A DNA stretch of 64,000 nt, from contig JYFJ02000087.1 in assembly GCA_000934665.2 (NCBI GenBank), positions 1-64,000 on the forward strand, in the 5' to 3' direction. Made by a program: the position numbers and the translations under genes. The notes beneath the pieces were generated by a model. The model did no database searches and was not told the DNA's origin. It saw only the letters and a program-made list of their open reading frames with translations. This document shows positions 22,901 to 37,900 of this stretch, piece by piece. The stretch comes from Catajapyx aquilonaris (taxonomy: Eukaryota). The first letter of the stretch is position 1, and every line of letters starts with the position of its first letter.

Positions 22901-25900
22901 TTGATTAGTCTCGAGGCTCAATCAGGAAGCAAAAGGGGTGGGGCGCAGGCGCTAATAAGCCCAAGCGCTAATTACGATACTTGGGGATTGCAATTTCGCC
23001 CAGGAAGTCCTCTGAAAGGAGGGGTGTGGAGGAAGATGCGTTTTCGCTTGATTGGATAGCCCCGGTCGCGACTCCGGTTCTCCTTGTCCGTCGTACAATC
23101 TACATGGGCGTTCTAATGTTGCGATTCTTCCAAGTGCACATCTTGCCGGAGCTTGTGTGCTTTTGCCCTCATTGAAATGCTGGTGTGACACTCTTTGTGG
23201 AGTCATTTGAATAAGCTTGCATTTCGGGCGAGATATCCCAGTCTCCTACTTTCGCGGATTCAAGACGTGAATGACAAAAGTTTGCGCCGGCGTCTGTGAC
23301 TAGACTTGGTCGTACTGCACATTGGAGTACATTTCATGAATTTTGACTCACCCTGTACAGAAATGTGAGTATGGACATTTTGTCGAGCCAGGAAGCCAGA
23401 GCAGGATGTCCTAAGCCAATTAGACTGATTGGCAAGTGTGCGGTGAGTTGACCTGAAGTTGATGTGACAAAGTGCTGTCGCCCTTCTCATTCTCGCGGGG
23501 ATTCGCCTAATTGATTTCCGACTCTCCTGCAACGCATGCTCTACATTTCCGAGCTGGGATTTCCCAACAGGGACTCCCTTGGAGTATAATATAACTGCAT
23601 TACGGCCATTACCAGTCTGCAGTACCGAGCAACAACCCTACATTCTCTAGATGTAATGCGCATTTCGAGTAGTGTATATACTCGATTCATGCACATGACT
23701 CGGGAGCACTTATCAATTCCCCTGGTGAGTTTGCTTGTTTTCAAGTTTCAATATGCAGTGCAAATATTCTGTACCTGAGTGGATTTCAATTTTTTTTCAG
23801 TGTACATGAAGCACGGCTCCCTTAAATCAACAGGTTCTTTTCATAAGGCTTCAATCTTACAAATGGGCCCTGCTTGCCTCGTGTGCTTGGTCGCGCGGCC
23901 GGAATAGAAGATCGGCCTTAATGGTAGATAAAAGCCCACATACTGACGTTTATGATGAAGGATAAGACGGGACTGGCGCAATTTCCGTCGCCCAAAAACC
24001 CCCCCACAACCGCCGGTGCCAGGGATTTCGCACACCCTATTGTTACGTCCCTGGCTCCCAAAAAAATATATAAATGAGTGCGCGCGGTAACCCCATCTGT
24101 GGCGGAAAGGGCTGGCAAAATCAGCTTTCTCCTCCAGCTTCTAAAACGCCATCAAAGAAGAGACCTCTTTCATGCAGTAGGTGTCATCTGTGCATGATTG
24201 ATCGCCACTTCCCTTTAACCAGGAAAGAAATATTCCGACCCAGAAGTGTCAGTTCGCCGCAGCCATCAGGCTTTCCACAGAAAGTATTCTCAGAAGTGCT
24301 TCTCCAGCAGCTCGGTTGGTTGCTCCCCAGTCCAGGATAACTGCATGCATCGGTGTGCGGTATGCATCCGAACAAGCTGACACCTCCGAAGGGGGAAGAT
24401 GCGTGACAGCGCTAAAACCCCCCTCGATTGGATGCAGCAACACATACAGACCACAAATCAAAAGCTCTGGCGACGTCTGCGGAATGAAAGTCGTAAATAT
24501 TGCACCGGTTCCTTCCTATAGCTCTATAGCTGCAGCAGCTTTTGGCACGCCTCCTATCTATCTACCTATCTATTGCCCAAAGGCCCCTTCCTCTTCTTCC
24601 TCTTCCTCCCCGGAGGCCTTTGAGCGGACCAAACAATGCTCCCCCACATAATGATGGATGGGGATAATTGGTCATTCCAGTGAGAAACTGCAAATTGGAC
24701 TCCTTTCCGGAGGCCGCTTGGGCTTTTGTGCTCCGTCGGGTAGGTCGCCCAAAGGCCTTTTCTCTACAGCAAGCCACCCCCCTTCCATACACACCCCTCC
24801 CCCTCCCCCCTTCAAATTTCCTCAAGTACGTCAAACAAATTTGGCGCCAGGCCAGGCAGCCCACTAACGCTTTTCAACTATCTCTGGTTCGTATCGACAA
24901 AATGATTAATTTCCGATCTCTTCGAGAGGAAAAAATGCTGGCCGAAAAGATTTTTCGGAACCCCATATTTGCTGGGTCAACATCAGGAAAGGATAAAAGA
25001 GTTCATGATACGTACTCGGTACAAAGCAAAACAAGGACACTGTTTTTTTTAAAAAAGGTTCCCTAGTATACGAACAAACAGAACCGGACCATGTTCCGAC
25101 TTTTACGAGTGCTTTGAAGCAGATGTGCTGTGTAAACTTCCGTAATAACCAAAGCTGCTTGAAAAGCCCAACATTCACTAAATCATAAGGTGCGCAAGCT
25201 TCTTCGGGGAGTAACATAACTCCATGCATTATTCAAGTTGTTCAAGAGCAGTTCGCACTTTCGCAACTTTCCGTAATCGCGACAAAAGGACAAGAGGGCG
25301 TGTACCACTCTTCAGGGGGAAGCCTCCTCTCATGTGCACGAGCATTAAAGAAGTGGTCTTATTGTAACCAGCAGCAGTCTGCCACAAAGGTGCACTTGCA
25401 AAAGGCATAATCCACTTGCTGTCGCCAGAGAAGATATGAAAACAGGCTTGCATCGCAGAACTCGAAAGCTTGCAGGGTAGCACAAGCATCAAGGCTTTTA
25501 TTGACAAAGGGACGAGGTCATGCTGATGGCTTCCAAGCAGAAGGAAGCGAACAAAGCCTAGGGCTGGACGTAGCAGGCCTCAGGGGTCCACTTGCACCTT
25601 GTCCTACATCTCTCCAAACTGTAGAGAAACTCTGCAGGCTTCTGCAGGACGTTAAAGTGGGAGGCTCTCGAGGCCTGGATCCTAAACTCTCCGGAAAATG
25701 TTTATCCCGCCACTTGGCAACAACTCTCTGATGGGCAAGTTTTGCGTCTGGCGACACTGGGTTTGTGTCACGCCGCGTCCAAAATGGCGTCGCTTGCACA
25801 CGTATGGTCTCACCTCGCAACTTATGGGCCGCGAAATTTGTCCTGCTGCAAAAGTCGACTTGGGTTGGAGTGCTCGTTGGGGCCATGGGGCTTGGCAGAG

Positions 25901-28900
25901 TGCGGTCCTATTGTCCCGAGTGTTCATTACGACTATAACAGGCTAACAGTAATGCCGCAGAATAATGCTGGGCGGAATAAATGAGGCTGCCAAAAAAACA
26001 CAAGGGAAAGAAAAACTGGGCCAGTGTTGAGGCTGGAATTCTCTTTCGAGTGGCATTGGCGATGGTGAGAGGCTTCTTTATCTTCAGACTTGAAAAAAAG
26101 GGGGGGAACGTCTTGGCCAGACGACAGGAGACTCTTTCTCATTCGCCATTGTCCTCGTCTCATTAGGTTTTTGCCTTCCACTGTGAGATGGTTCACGCCA
26201 GTATTGACGGTAGTTCCGAGAAACCATGCAATTGTCGCAATCTGATAAAATAATGTAAACCTACAAATAAACTTAATGCATGCCAGCACGAATACAATTT
26301 CCTCCACATTCTGCTCATATTGATGTGTCGCATGAAAAGCCAGCAGCTCTTTTCGGGCCTTTCCTCGCTGTATTGGTCCTGAACACGCATCGTATTCATC
26401 CTGGCGTTGGTCTACATTCTATTTCCCTGTACTTCTCACTGGGACCGATGCAATGCGATAGGTGCAAATAGTTTTTCTGCACGCATATCATGCGGCCCGG
26501 GCTGTACTACAATTTTCAATTAGAAATTATAAATCCAAACATTACATTCGTAATGACAGAAATTTGTTAGTACATCAATGTACAATTCTAAGCCTCGCCT
26601 TATTCGTAATTATTAATTAGTAGTGGTGATCAAACCCTCTTAGCTTTTGGCACACAGAAGGAACGTTACTGCTGGAAAGGGGGGAAATGGGCGGCAGTCT
26701 CGCCCAGCTGACTCTGATTCTGATATTGTTCAGACTCATTTCACCTCTTGACAGCCATTTTATTAGCCTTTGCCAGGAGGGTCGATTTTTAAAAATAATT
26801 TCATTTCACCACTGCTTTCGTAATATTGCAAGAATCCACGTCGGAAACAGATTCGCAACCCATTGTCCTCTTTGGTTTTGGAGTCAACAACATGGTTTGA
26901 AACGATCACAGATGGATATACAAACACACAAACACGATATTAATTCACATTTGTGTCATGACACATCCTGTCAACCTGAATTGACCTAACAAGTAATGTC
27001 CATTGCGCACATAAGTCCACTAGCGCCGTCTCGGTCAGCTCGTTCTCTTTTGGGTTCCAGACCCCCGGAACTGAAAGAGGTTCATTAGCAATCGGATGGA
27101 AGGCGCGCGCGAAAAAAAAAAGTCAATTTGACCCACCCAAAAAGTCCAAGCGAACGAAAGGACCCGATTAGCTTCGTCAGAGACAAATTAGAAGAAAAGT
27201 GTGTCCCCTCCATTTGGTTGCCAGCGAGATTGGACACCATCCAACTCCTGATTGGCCCGCCTCATGCCCCCCACAGAAAGAGACGCCAACTATATACTAT
27301 ACGGTGGTCCAGCAATAATTTCATCTTCTCCATCCGTAACTTTGAGCGTTTCCATCACCTTCTTTCTGGAACTACCCTTGGCAGTTAAACGGCTTCAGCT
27401 ATTCTTTCCCTCCCCAGTCCCCCCACCCAAAGCTTCCTTCCTTTTTGGTTCCTCCGGATTCCCCCGGATTCTCCCAGGAGCTGCGGGCCAACGGAGGATG
27501 AATCTCCCCAACTGACATCATCTTCGTCTCCCAGCTCCTCCCATTCGGGCCAAATGTGGCGTGAGTTACCGACTCGGAGGCCCCCGCACCCTCACAATGT
27601 ATAGATAGATAGGGAAAAAAGGTTCTTCTTTGCGCTTCCTCGCTCCCTGATGCCTTTTGTGTGACTCTACTTACTAAGCCGCATCAACTCCTCTTTCTTC
27701 TCTCTATTTTTACATCTTCGCTTCCGGGCCATCTATCCGCTTCGATTCATGTTGACTATGACTTTCATTGACAGTCTGACTCACTCAGCCAATACGTTCT
27801 GGTAGAGGAGGTTCAGATGGGTCAGAAAACTAGCATTAGTCCCAGATTGAGCACTGTGCAAAAAAGAAGATATCAAGTGGAGCATAGTTTTAGTGCAAAT
27901 TAGCACTGTGAAAAATCTGTCCGACATTTGAACCCATTTTTATAAAAACGAAGTTGCAAAAAACTGATGCTTCCTACCTTATTAATGCATGAGCGACTAA
28001 ATTTAGGTGCAATGGGTTTTCAATGAGCTTCCCGCAAATAGGTAACTTGCAGCGTATTATTACTCTGACCTACTTCGCCAGCGGTGGAATTGGGGCATGG
28101 AAATTACTTTTTTTCCCCCTTACAATAGTACTTCTTTGCATCCCACCCCGATCTAGCCATTGGTCCGCTCCAGTTCCTGTCGACTGCTGCTACTTTCAGA
28201 GTCACACTCTGGAACTTGTCCGGGAACCGATACTTTTTACAGTAGCCTATACCTGGAGGACACACATAAAAAGGATCAAAAACGTGTCGAGAAAAATAAC
28301 ATTAGTAGGCTCCCTCTATTTTTGTGAGCACAATATCCCCGCGTAACATCCCCGCTTATGACGTCTCTTTCATCCCTTTTGAAAGTGCAAAATTGGAGAG
28401 TAAAAAAGCGCAATTAGTACACCGCACATGGCGCTCACTATAAAACCAACCCCGCAGCATAGAGAGAACCTGAAGCATCATGCTTCAGGGAAGACAACGT
28501 ATATATACACAGGGGGTTAACCCAACAACCTCCTGGACCGCCCCAAATTGTACAAAACTAACCCGGCCATAACTCCTCTATAAGCTTGGAAATACGCTTC
28601 CAATTACATACATATGCACATACCCCACGCATCTCAATTACAGACCAAGCGAGCTTGTTGTCCCCTAGATTAAAATGAAGAGAGCCGACTTGCAAAAAAA
28701 AATCCAGGACCGAACTAGTGTGTTATACTAACACACCATCCCCTTTCCACCCACCAAAAAAAAACTCTGCATTCACATGAGGAGGTGTACAGTACGTCCC
28801 ACTGGCTTCTATGCTTTTAGTGAAATTGGCGTACTAGTTAGCTGTTTTTGCTGCTCTTACTGGCTGCAAGTGGATTAGTCAATGTATAGGGGGGGTCCCC

Positions 28901-31900
28901 CCCAAAAAAGTCGTGGAAGCTTTCACACATTTTTATCCGAAAAAAGCTGGGAAACTATTAAAGTTTTCCAAGTGCTGTTTATGACATCACCGATTTTCAC
29001 CCCCCTCTAAAAAAAGGCAGTAATCCAACATAAAATTTGTCTCGCCAGAATAAACCCCCACACACCCTCTGAACTGTATGCAATTCAGGCCCACTTTAGG
29101 CCGCTCGGTTTAACCCGTTATGATTCGATTTTGGATCTCCAAGCAAACGCCCGAGACCCATGGCAGCATGGGGTTCCCCCAAAAAAATCTTCGGAAAAAA
29201 AAAATCCTCCACTTCGATCCTTGGAATCGGAAATGCAAGTCCTGATCCCAAAGCCCACAGCCTAGATCGGCAAGATAGAGAAAAAAAAGAACGTGACGTC
29301 AGGCTTGGAAGGTCCCGCCAAATGCCTTCCTTTTGCGAAGGCAAGTCTGCAGTAACTCTTCAACCATCACGTGCAAGGTTTAGTCAAGCGGCAAGTCGAC
29401 TTTGCCGTTTTTTAAAGGAATTTCTTTTTTCTCGAGTATGCGACGAAAAGAACGCCAGCATGGTGCAATAGGCAAATATTTTTGCATCCACATGTTCAAC
29501 CACACTCGTGTATGACAAAGTATGGGTTGGTCCCGTAAATTGCGCTTAGGCCGCCTGCATTTGAATAAAATCTCATATAGCTTTTTTCCTAAGTCGATAC
29601 AGTGACATAAATCGTGTGCACTATCACTGGTCTTTTTCCACACACAAAAAAATTCTTCCTCGCGCACCATCCGAAATGAATCGCTCCATTTAACATCCCC
29701 AACCGATTCGATATCCTGGGAAAAGCCTCCATTTCTGAAAATCCGGATCATCTCACTTATACCACCAAAATAAAAAGGAAGACTAAAAAAAGGACGCCAC
29801 TTTTTCATTACAACCTGAATTGTACCGAACAATGACACTATACGATGTACTTCTAGTAAACAACTTGGCTAAACTCCACTTTTAAGAAAATTAGCTGCAA
29901 TTTACGTCATTAGGTGGTGCTGAAGGAGTCTGAGGGCACCGGTACCTTCCCTCAAAACTTTTTAGAACTCAATTTGCATGGACTCGAGAAAACTGGAGAT
30001 TGGCGGACAATGCAATTTCAATTTATGCAGAAACTTGGGAGTGTCACAGCCACGCGAATGTCTCTTCGGGGTTCGGCTTGGGGAGGGAAACAGCTCCGGA
30101 TTTTTTTCCCCCCCGACTTTTATTTTTTGCGAACCTAGTAGGGTGTGGCCTTCTACTGAGGTCTTTTACTGTTGCGTTCGCATGCTGAAGAATCGGAATT
30201 TGCCACGCCAGTAATGGGCGGGGTCTTAAAGTTAGCCCACGCGATAGTTTTAAAAAACCCCTTCCCATTTTAATTTCCACGTTGAAACAACTCAAATTAA
30301 CTCTAACTCGTCACTTTGTTCCGGAAATGTACTCTTGAAAATTTATGTTGTAACTCCCTGCTTCTGGCTTTTAAGAAAGTGCGTTGCTCCTTGAGTTGGA
30401 AATTAATTTCGCTTCCTCGTATCCAACGGGAATAAAATAATAATCTCGTCTTGGGGAAACGTACTTTGAGCCAAATTCTCGCCCCGGAGATCCGCCAGTT
30501 TTGGGGAAATGAGCTCCAGTCAATGGGTTTCAAATTAGTGGACGTGGCCTTTTCCTTCTCTTCTTCTTCTTCTTCTTCTTCTTCTTTTTTTCTTATTTCA
30601 GTTCTCGAAGCGGGTGTGACGGGAACTAAAAAAAACAGGACGCGGTTCCATTCGGAATTTAATCCCTTCCAACATCCCCTTCCCGGAGGCTGGTTTATCA
30701 TCAGGATTCCAAAAAGCACCCAGAAGTTCATCTTGAACCCAATAGAAACCCACCCCCTCGCTTTCCATTTTTTCCTTGCATGCCAAATCAGCTCATCTTT
30801 TTCATGCTTTTTCTTCTTCTTCTTCACGACGTATGCATCTAAAACAAAGCATATGCTACTAGTTGAAAAGTAGTGAAAAAGCAGTAGAGGTTAAGTGGAG
30901 CACAATAACAGTAGGCCCCATATTGACTTGGACGTTTCCAGCCAATGCACACAATTGGAGGCAGATTAAGGTCAGTCCAGCCTTTGCCTCGTTTACATTA
31001 CTTGTCGAGCGGAATCCCTACCCGAAAAATAACACGTGCCACAAAGAAGCCCATGGGTACAGACCACACGGATAATTTCCAGGGGGAGACCCCCATATGC
31101 GTAGTAGTTACATCCACCCGCGGTTATGCATGCCAGAGGGGAACTCATTATGCAAAACAAGCTTACATTGCATTGTAGCAAAATATCACTTGGATGGAGT
31201 GTGTCACATGATCCGGATTTCACTTGGATGGAAAACATCAAAAACGCAATGTGATACATAGTGGCCCGAAGACCAAATTAAAATATAGTAAATTAAATTG
31301 TAATTAACTTACTTTGCCATCGGGACTGCATACTTTGATGCCTGCCAGGGAGATTACCAATGACACAGGCTTCTTTCTGGCAGCTCCCTGAAAAGAAAAA
31401 AAAAGATGTCGATGTTCATATTGGCATCATGTCAGAGGAGTTGAAACGCCGGCTTCTCTATATTGGAGATCCAGCGGATATCGAACTACATTGTGACCAA
31501 TACCTTCCAATATTACAAGGCGCTTCCAAATTGGCCGGACAAAGATAAGGAGGGGCAGAGGAGAGCATCATCCTAGAGGGAAAATGCTGCGGAAATTAAC
31601 GTTCCCTTAGGGAGGGCACATCGTCTTTTCCCAAGCAGTCTTGGGTTATATTATGACAGGGGAGGCTTGTAGGAGAGGTCTGGGACGAGTTTGAACGGGA
31701 ACTGGGTCCATTGGCAGCCGGGCAAAGTGCAGGAGGAGAGCAGCACAGAAGGCATAAATGGGAGTGGTAAGGCGGTGCGGCAAGTGGGATGGAAAATCCT
31801 TTATGGTTTGGCGGCGGGTGAGGCCGTTTGCCAAGCGCTGGGAGGTCGAGGGACCCTGCAATTCTCCCAATCGCCATAATATTCCTTTATGGACTAAGTA

Positions 31901-34900
31901 AAAAAAGAGCTCGAGAGCATTTTCCATCAGCGGGTCATCCGGATCCAGATGGGATTTTCAGATTCGCAACGCCTTTCCCACCCCCCTTCCAAAAACTAGA
32001 TCCGCGGTCGCCAGGGAGTATATGTGGAGCTCACCTATATATACGTGTATATACTGTAACCATCGAGTGGGGCCAATGCACGAAGGCTACATCGATATGG
32101 CAACACACAAAAAATTGCCAAGGGTACATGAAAACACTGTTAAAATGTACATGGGCGTGGCCGTATTAAATGAATCAGGCGATTGCATCGAGTTTCAATG
32201 CATAAAATACTGGCTCCCACTATTTTGAATATTACTGAGCTGTGTGCAATATTGTTATGCCTGGTAGCACGAGGCCACACTAAGAGAAATATTTAATTTT
32301 ACATTGCATTGTATCCATATAGCCCAGCCCCTTTCCCAGACCCAGAAGTAAACAAAATACACCTTCTTTCTCTGCACTACAGCAGCAGGCCTATAACACA
32401 CCGGTTGCAAAATCCGTGTCCCGACAACATTTGATGTATAAGCATATAAGCACATAAAGCTGCCACAACAGCAGTTATCACAGCCAATCCCTGTCCTTTG
32501 AAAATGGCTGAACATACGCAACATTTTCCAAGCAAAGGAACCTATCCCCAGCCCTGCAAATGGATGAAAGGAAGTTTGGGTCAAAGGTGGGGCGTCGATA
32601 GTTGATATACACGACGCAACAAACTGGAGAGCAACATACGCCCCCTTCCCCGTTAAAAGTTTCGTTTGTGTCAATATTGGTCTCCATAGAGACAGGAGAT
32701 AAACATGCTTCTACCATCTTCAGATTTGCGAGAAGAATGGGAAGAATCGATTGAGAGGTGCGATCCCCCCCCCCCCTCCTCACTCTGTCTCTCCTTCACA
32801 TCTAATGCGCTCAAGCTGAGGACGAAATTGGACAGAAAGAAGGGGGGACTTTGCTGGACGATCCCAGAGTTGTTTTCTTCTATCCGGGACTGGCCACTAA
32901 CCGAATTTCCCCTTGCCACAAGTGGATCATCGCAAGATCCACCTGCACTTTTGCTAGGATTGTTTTTCTCCTGCCTGCATCCCACAGGCACGTCCACCAC
33001 AAGGTCCCTGATCGCCATCAGTGTGGGTAATACTTCTTATATCCGGACACCAAAGTGTTTCGACCTCTAAAATTCCGTCTGTCAGATGCGATACTCTTGC
33101 CAAGAGCAGGCCTGGAAGGACCTGCCATCAAGTGAGTTGTTGAGTTTCTCTAATGCAGTTCTCCTGTCCTCTTTATCTGGTGTCGATACGTGAGAAATTC
33201 TGGAGCTGGGGCAGGCTCTATACCTGATGTGACGCGCGTCTTTCCGAAGGAAACAAGGCGAGAGAGGCAACACTCAGTCCCCTAAAATACTATATGCAAA
33301 GTAGTAGCCTTACCCCAAGAGGTACAAGGTGTGGTTTGGAATCCCTAGATGAAAAGTGGGATTGATTAGTGGGGAGCAGGAGGATGTGACTCGGATGCAG
33401 ATCGGCTTAGTTTAGGCTAAGGGAAGCTATATTTCATTCTAGAAACGGACCAAAAGTGTTATTCCACCACCGGACCCGTAAAATATTTATGGAATACAAT
33501 AGCCTGACCCCAAACCCAGAGTGTCCAGGCCGCAACCAGTCCAATCCATCATCTGCCACCGATCATCACGTCATGATCTGAACGCACAGAAGGAACCAAT
33601 CATTCCCTGACACACGCCAATTGGAAGAATCAACACTGCACTATCGGTCCTAAAAGTTTCGGCTGTATCCTGCCGCTACGCAACCACCCTCACGAATGTC
33701 TTGACAATTTTGTGTGTTTAAAAAATAGAGAGATTAGGTCCGGATTTTCACACGTCATGTGACAATTAATTCCGCTAATAACTCAGTGAATCGCCGTGAA
33801 AGGAACATGCCTTTCAAGCCAGCTCACAAGTCTTGGCGACGACCTGCACACGACAGTTGAGACCACCTCCCTTTCCTACTCCCCCTATCCTTTTTCCATC
33901 ACAAGCCTAATTAAACTCTCTAATTAAACTTCGCCGGCAGCCCTCCTCTATTCGCTACCACATCGATGTACGCTCTCATGTCGTTTTTAATGCCTCTTTT
34001 GTTCCGAAACGCGCAGAACCTCCTCCCATATCAGATTTTCATTTTTTTTTGTAATAAAAGTCTGCGCATATTTGGGTCTCCTTGGCATCTTTTCAAGCCA
34101 CTTCACTTGTGGAAAATGCAGAGAAAACTTTTTCTTCCTTCACGAATAATCCGTAATTTCAAATTCGGCAGGTGGCATTACGACAGAAAAGTCTCCGTCT
34201 CTCTGGAGGCTTGTGCCACTCTGTCTTAAGAACCGACGGAGAAGGCAAAATCTGTAATGCAGCGCTACACAGAAAATAAGCCTACTCTCTTCTCCCCTGA
34301 TTTATTTATAACCAAAAGTGGTCTGTGACAGAAATTCCCCAGCCATGTTTAACCCTCAGGCCTAACAGATGTCGCATGGTCCTCCGCATTAAATCAAATG
34401 TCCAGCCAATTCCAACCCCACACTTGAAAATTTCCACAACAACAAATCAGGAGCCATATCTCTCGAAGAGGTTCTCCATCCACTTTGGACCAGGGTCCAT
34501 TCAGCGTGTGTGCATGTAGTGGCAGTTGTAGTGGTAGGGGGGTGAAAGCCGTGGGGCATGAAATGGTGGTCGAGAGATAGGAAGGAAAGGGGGGGGGGGN
34601 TGGAGTAGAAAGAAGGGGGGGGGGGCTTTTGTAAACCATGAGGTTGATGAGGTGGGCTGCCCTGGCCAACCCGCACTTTCTGCCAACAGCCATCTCATCT
34701 CGAGCTCTTCTCTTACCCAGGCCTCCCCGATGCAACTGGGCGAAATCCACAGTAAAAGCTAATTCGCCTTCTTGGAGAACAACCGGCTGTTACTAGCTGA
34801 CCTCTGGGCCTTAATCACCGTTTCCTTTAATGGGTCCTTCCCCGGACTATGTGTAGAAAAAAAAGGTCTATCGGATGAGGCCTGAATTGTATGGACCGAG

Positions 34901-37900
34901 GAACCGCGGTATACGACGTATTTAGTTGGGTCCACGTACCTAAAGGACCTGTGCCGTATTGGAAGAGGGTTGTTGGAAGGAAGCGAGATGACTTGGTGCT
35001 AGATGGGGCAGAGAGAGAGAGAGTGGAAAAAAGGACAAAAAGGAAGGGACTTGGGTTGCCCTGAAGAGCTCTTTTCCTTCAGACTGGAAAACTCTCATCT
35101 CAGGGTCCACTTCCATTCCACTCTGATTTCCAGGTACACAGAAAAACGTCGCTTTCAATCAATACGTCCGCCTGCTTTCGTCTCAAATGCTAATGATTTC
35201 CCCTCATTTCATTTCCTCAAAAAAAAAATAACAATAATAACAAATCAACACCAAAGGTATTAAAGGCTGATCAACACATATGAGAGTACATACAAAAACA
35301 ACTTAATAACTAGTTAGCAACCCTTTGATAAGGACCATGTTGTTTGTCCTTTGCCACCAATTATGCAGCCTCCGCCCCTAGTAATGGTAGTAATATTACG
35401 GGTCACGTCCGTGTTTGGGTCATGATTTGGCCTTAACTCGAATGTTTTTTTCCCCGCCTAGAAATGCGCCGCAGTGCAGTGTGCAGTCGAGTCCTGCTGC
35501 GAAGTCGACGTAACAAATGGCAGAAAGGTGTAGCTGAAGGGACGGTGTGTAAATGTTCGGTTGGCACGGACATGCGGATTCTGCCCAAACCTAATGCGGG
35601 GGCTGGGTCATTTGGACGCAGTTACGCTCACTTTATCACTGGAAATGACGCAACCGGCTGATATCACCTGGCGAAAGGCCAATACCTTCTACTTTCCCAC
35701 CCTTAAAAAAAGCTAGAAAGCACTATCCCCCCTACCAAACTTTATAGACTTGCAATATGAACGGAGCTAATGAAAATGACGCCACCAAAACCTGTTGTCT
35801 GCAATTTGAAGCCGTAATGTAATTAGAGCCAAGTGGGCCCCCAACATTAAGATGTCATTTGGAGCTCTTCGTGGGTTGCCGGGAGGGATGGAGGGTTCCC
35901 CCAGAAAATAAAAAAAGAAGAAGACGGAAGAAGCCCAGGGATGTTGTGGTAATTGGAGACATTAAATCCACCTAACTTTTCTGCCCAGGGAAAGTGTTGC
36001 CGACTCATCCTAATGACGCCCCAATTTGTCTTAATGGAATAAGTTGGTAATTGTGATGTAAAGGGATAGGCAAAATGGTCTAAATCACAGTTTTCTACGC
36101 AAAACAGCATCGGAACACCCATACAAAGTTGGCCAGCCGGTTTCTAAAATAAAACAATGAGCCTTACCCCGCAATTTGCATGATTCCATTATGCAATGGT
36201 ATAAAGTGTACTTTACCTGATGCATAGTACATGTATTTAGTTGGCGATTCCACGCCTAAACCCTCGGAAACTTGGCCTCAAGTCGCCCCCCTAATTTAAT
36301 ATAAACACGGCTTTTGCATTTAAGGCCACCATCATAATTTCATTTTCCATTAAGTTTGGGTTTATTAATGGGTTAACCCCTCGGTTTCCTCGCTTCCTTC
36401 CTCACCAACTAACGAGATTGTCGGTGGGTGGGTGGGTGGGAGGGTGGAGATGAGAGGATGGTAGAGGGCAAGGGGAGGAAAGGAGGTGGCATCCGGAATA
36501 TTGGAATTTTATGCTGCTTCTCTTCTGGGGATTTTGTTAATTAACGCTCACTTGCATTCCAAACGGATTCTTTTGGTCGGAGCTAGAGACGAGTTAAGTG
36601 GGGCATTTTTGGGATGCCTTTGAAGTGCACGAAAGGCTTGTTAGCGCACCTTAATAACGCTTGCCTGCCACATACCCAACCTACCCACACAGATTTGCAA
36701 TCTCTGTTAAGGAACTCGCCTCCTTCTATTGGAAAAGGCGGCAGACTTCATCCTTTTTGGTATTGCTGAAAAACCTGATACCTCACGCCTATCAACTCCG
36801 ATCCACTGTATCAATCACTGTCCGTATTAATTTCCCAGGGTTTAGCTGGGTATGCTATCTGACGTTTCTGTTTCGCTTGGCCTACTTATATGAAGACTTT
36901 TTTATGGGCGTGGTTACGAGTCCGGAACAGAAAGATCAAGTGCTGAAATGATAGCCTTGGAATCATCTCCACAATGACCTTACCACCAGACTTTTATAGC
37001 ATTTTGAGTTGTTTCCTTACATTTATCACTTTCCGGCCAAAACACAGACCCACTCATAAAAAGGGATTTTATAAAAAACTGCTGGCTACTACGTACCGTA
37101 TTATATGAAGAAATGTATGCCATTTCTTGCACATTAATTATTTATTTATTCATTTTAAAAACGGAGTCATCCACTTCGTCAAACAATAACAAACCAATTT
37201 TTCAGTCAGATTGGAAAGCAACTCTTAAGCGGGGGATATCAAAAATTAGCCCCAAATTTGCCATCCCATTGACCCCAAATGAGGTCCGTCCAAAAACCAA
37301 CCAGTGACCGAAATGGCTCCATCCTTCTGGGAGACTGCTTAAAAATTAACTGAGCGAACGATGACGGGACTTTTTTCGTCGTCGTTCCACCGCCTAAACT
37401 TTTTCCTCTGGCCCTGCAACCTCCGATGCAAGCCAAAATTGATCCTGCGGGGAGGGTTTGGGTTGAAAAGAGAAGAGACAAAAGGGCGGACCACAAAATG
37501 AAGCTGACGACTTTCTTTTTTCGCCCCCTCCCGAGACTTTTGGGGGCCTTCCACTTGCAATTTGCCCCCTTCCATTTTAATGAGCGCCCATCAGGATGAA
37601 ATTCGTCCCATGAGCGGAAAGGAGAGCTGTGTACACAACTTGAGGTGTAAAGACTTCCCTTTTTTCTTTTCCAGCAAGTGCATGCGTGACGTCCGAAAGT
37701 GTTTCCTTTTCGTCTCCGGCCTTCATAACCAAGCCGGCGCCCATTAAGGCCCATTTGTATTCATTGAGGTCCCTGAATGGCGCCAAAAAAGGGTCATGTT
37801 CCCTCCCAAACAACTGTCGCCAATAAGAGTTGCGAAGTTCCACTTTTCGTAGCCTCATAAACTTCATCTTAAATATGTGCGTCGAGAATTGCATCAAGGA

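Noticed and set aside
25229..25886. Adjacent minus-strand ORFs (92 and 122 aa) as an alternative first exon
   Set aside because: There is no good phase-0 donor and no recognisable protein motif.
30303..30873. 174-aa and 140-aa ORFs with poly-Lys/Glu/Ser
   Set aside because: They are explained by TCT/T microsatellites and have non-ATG starts.
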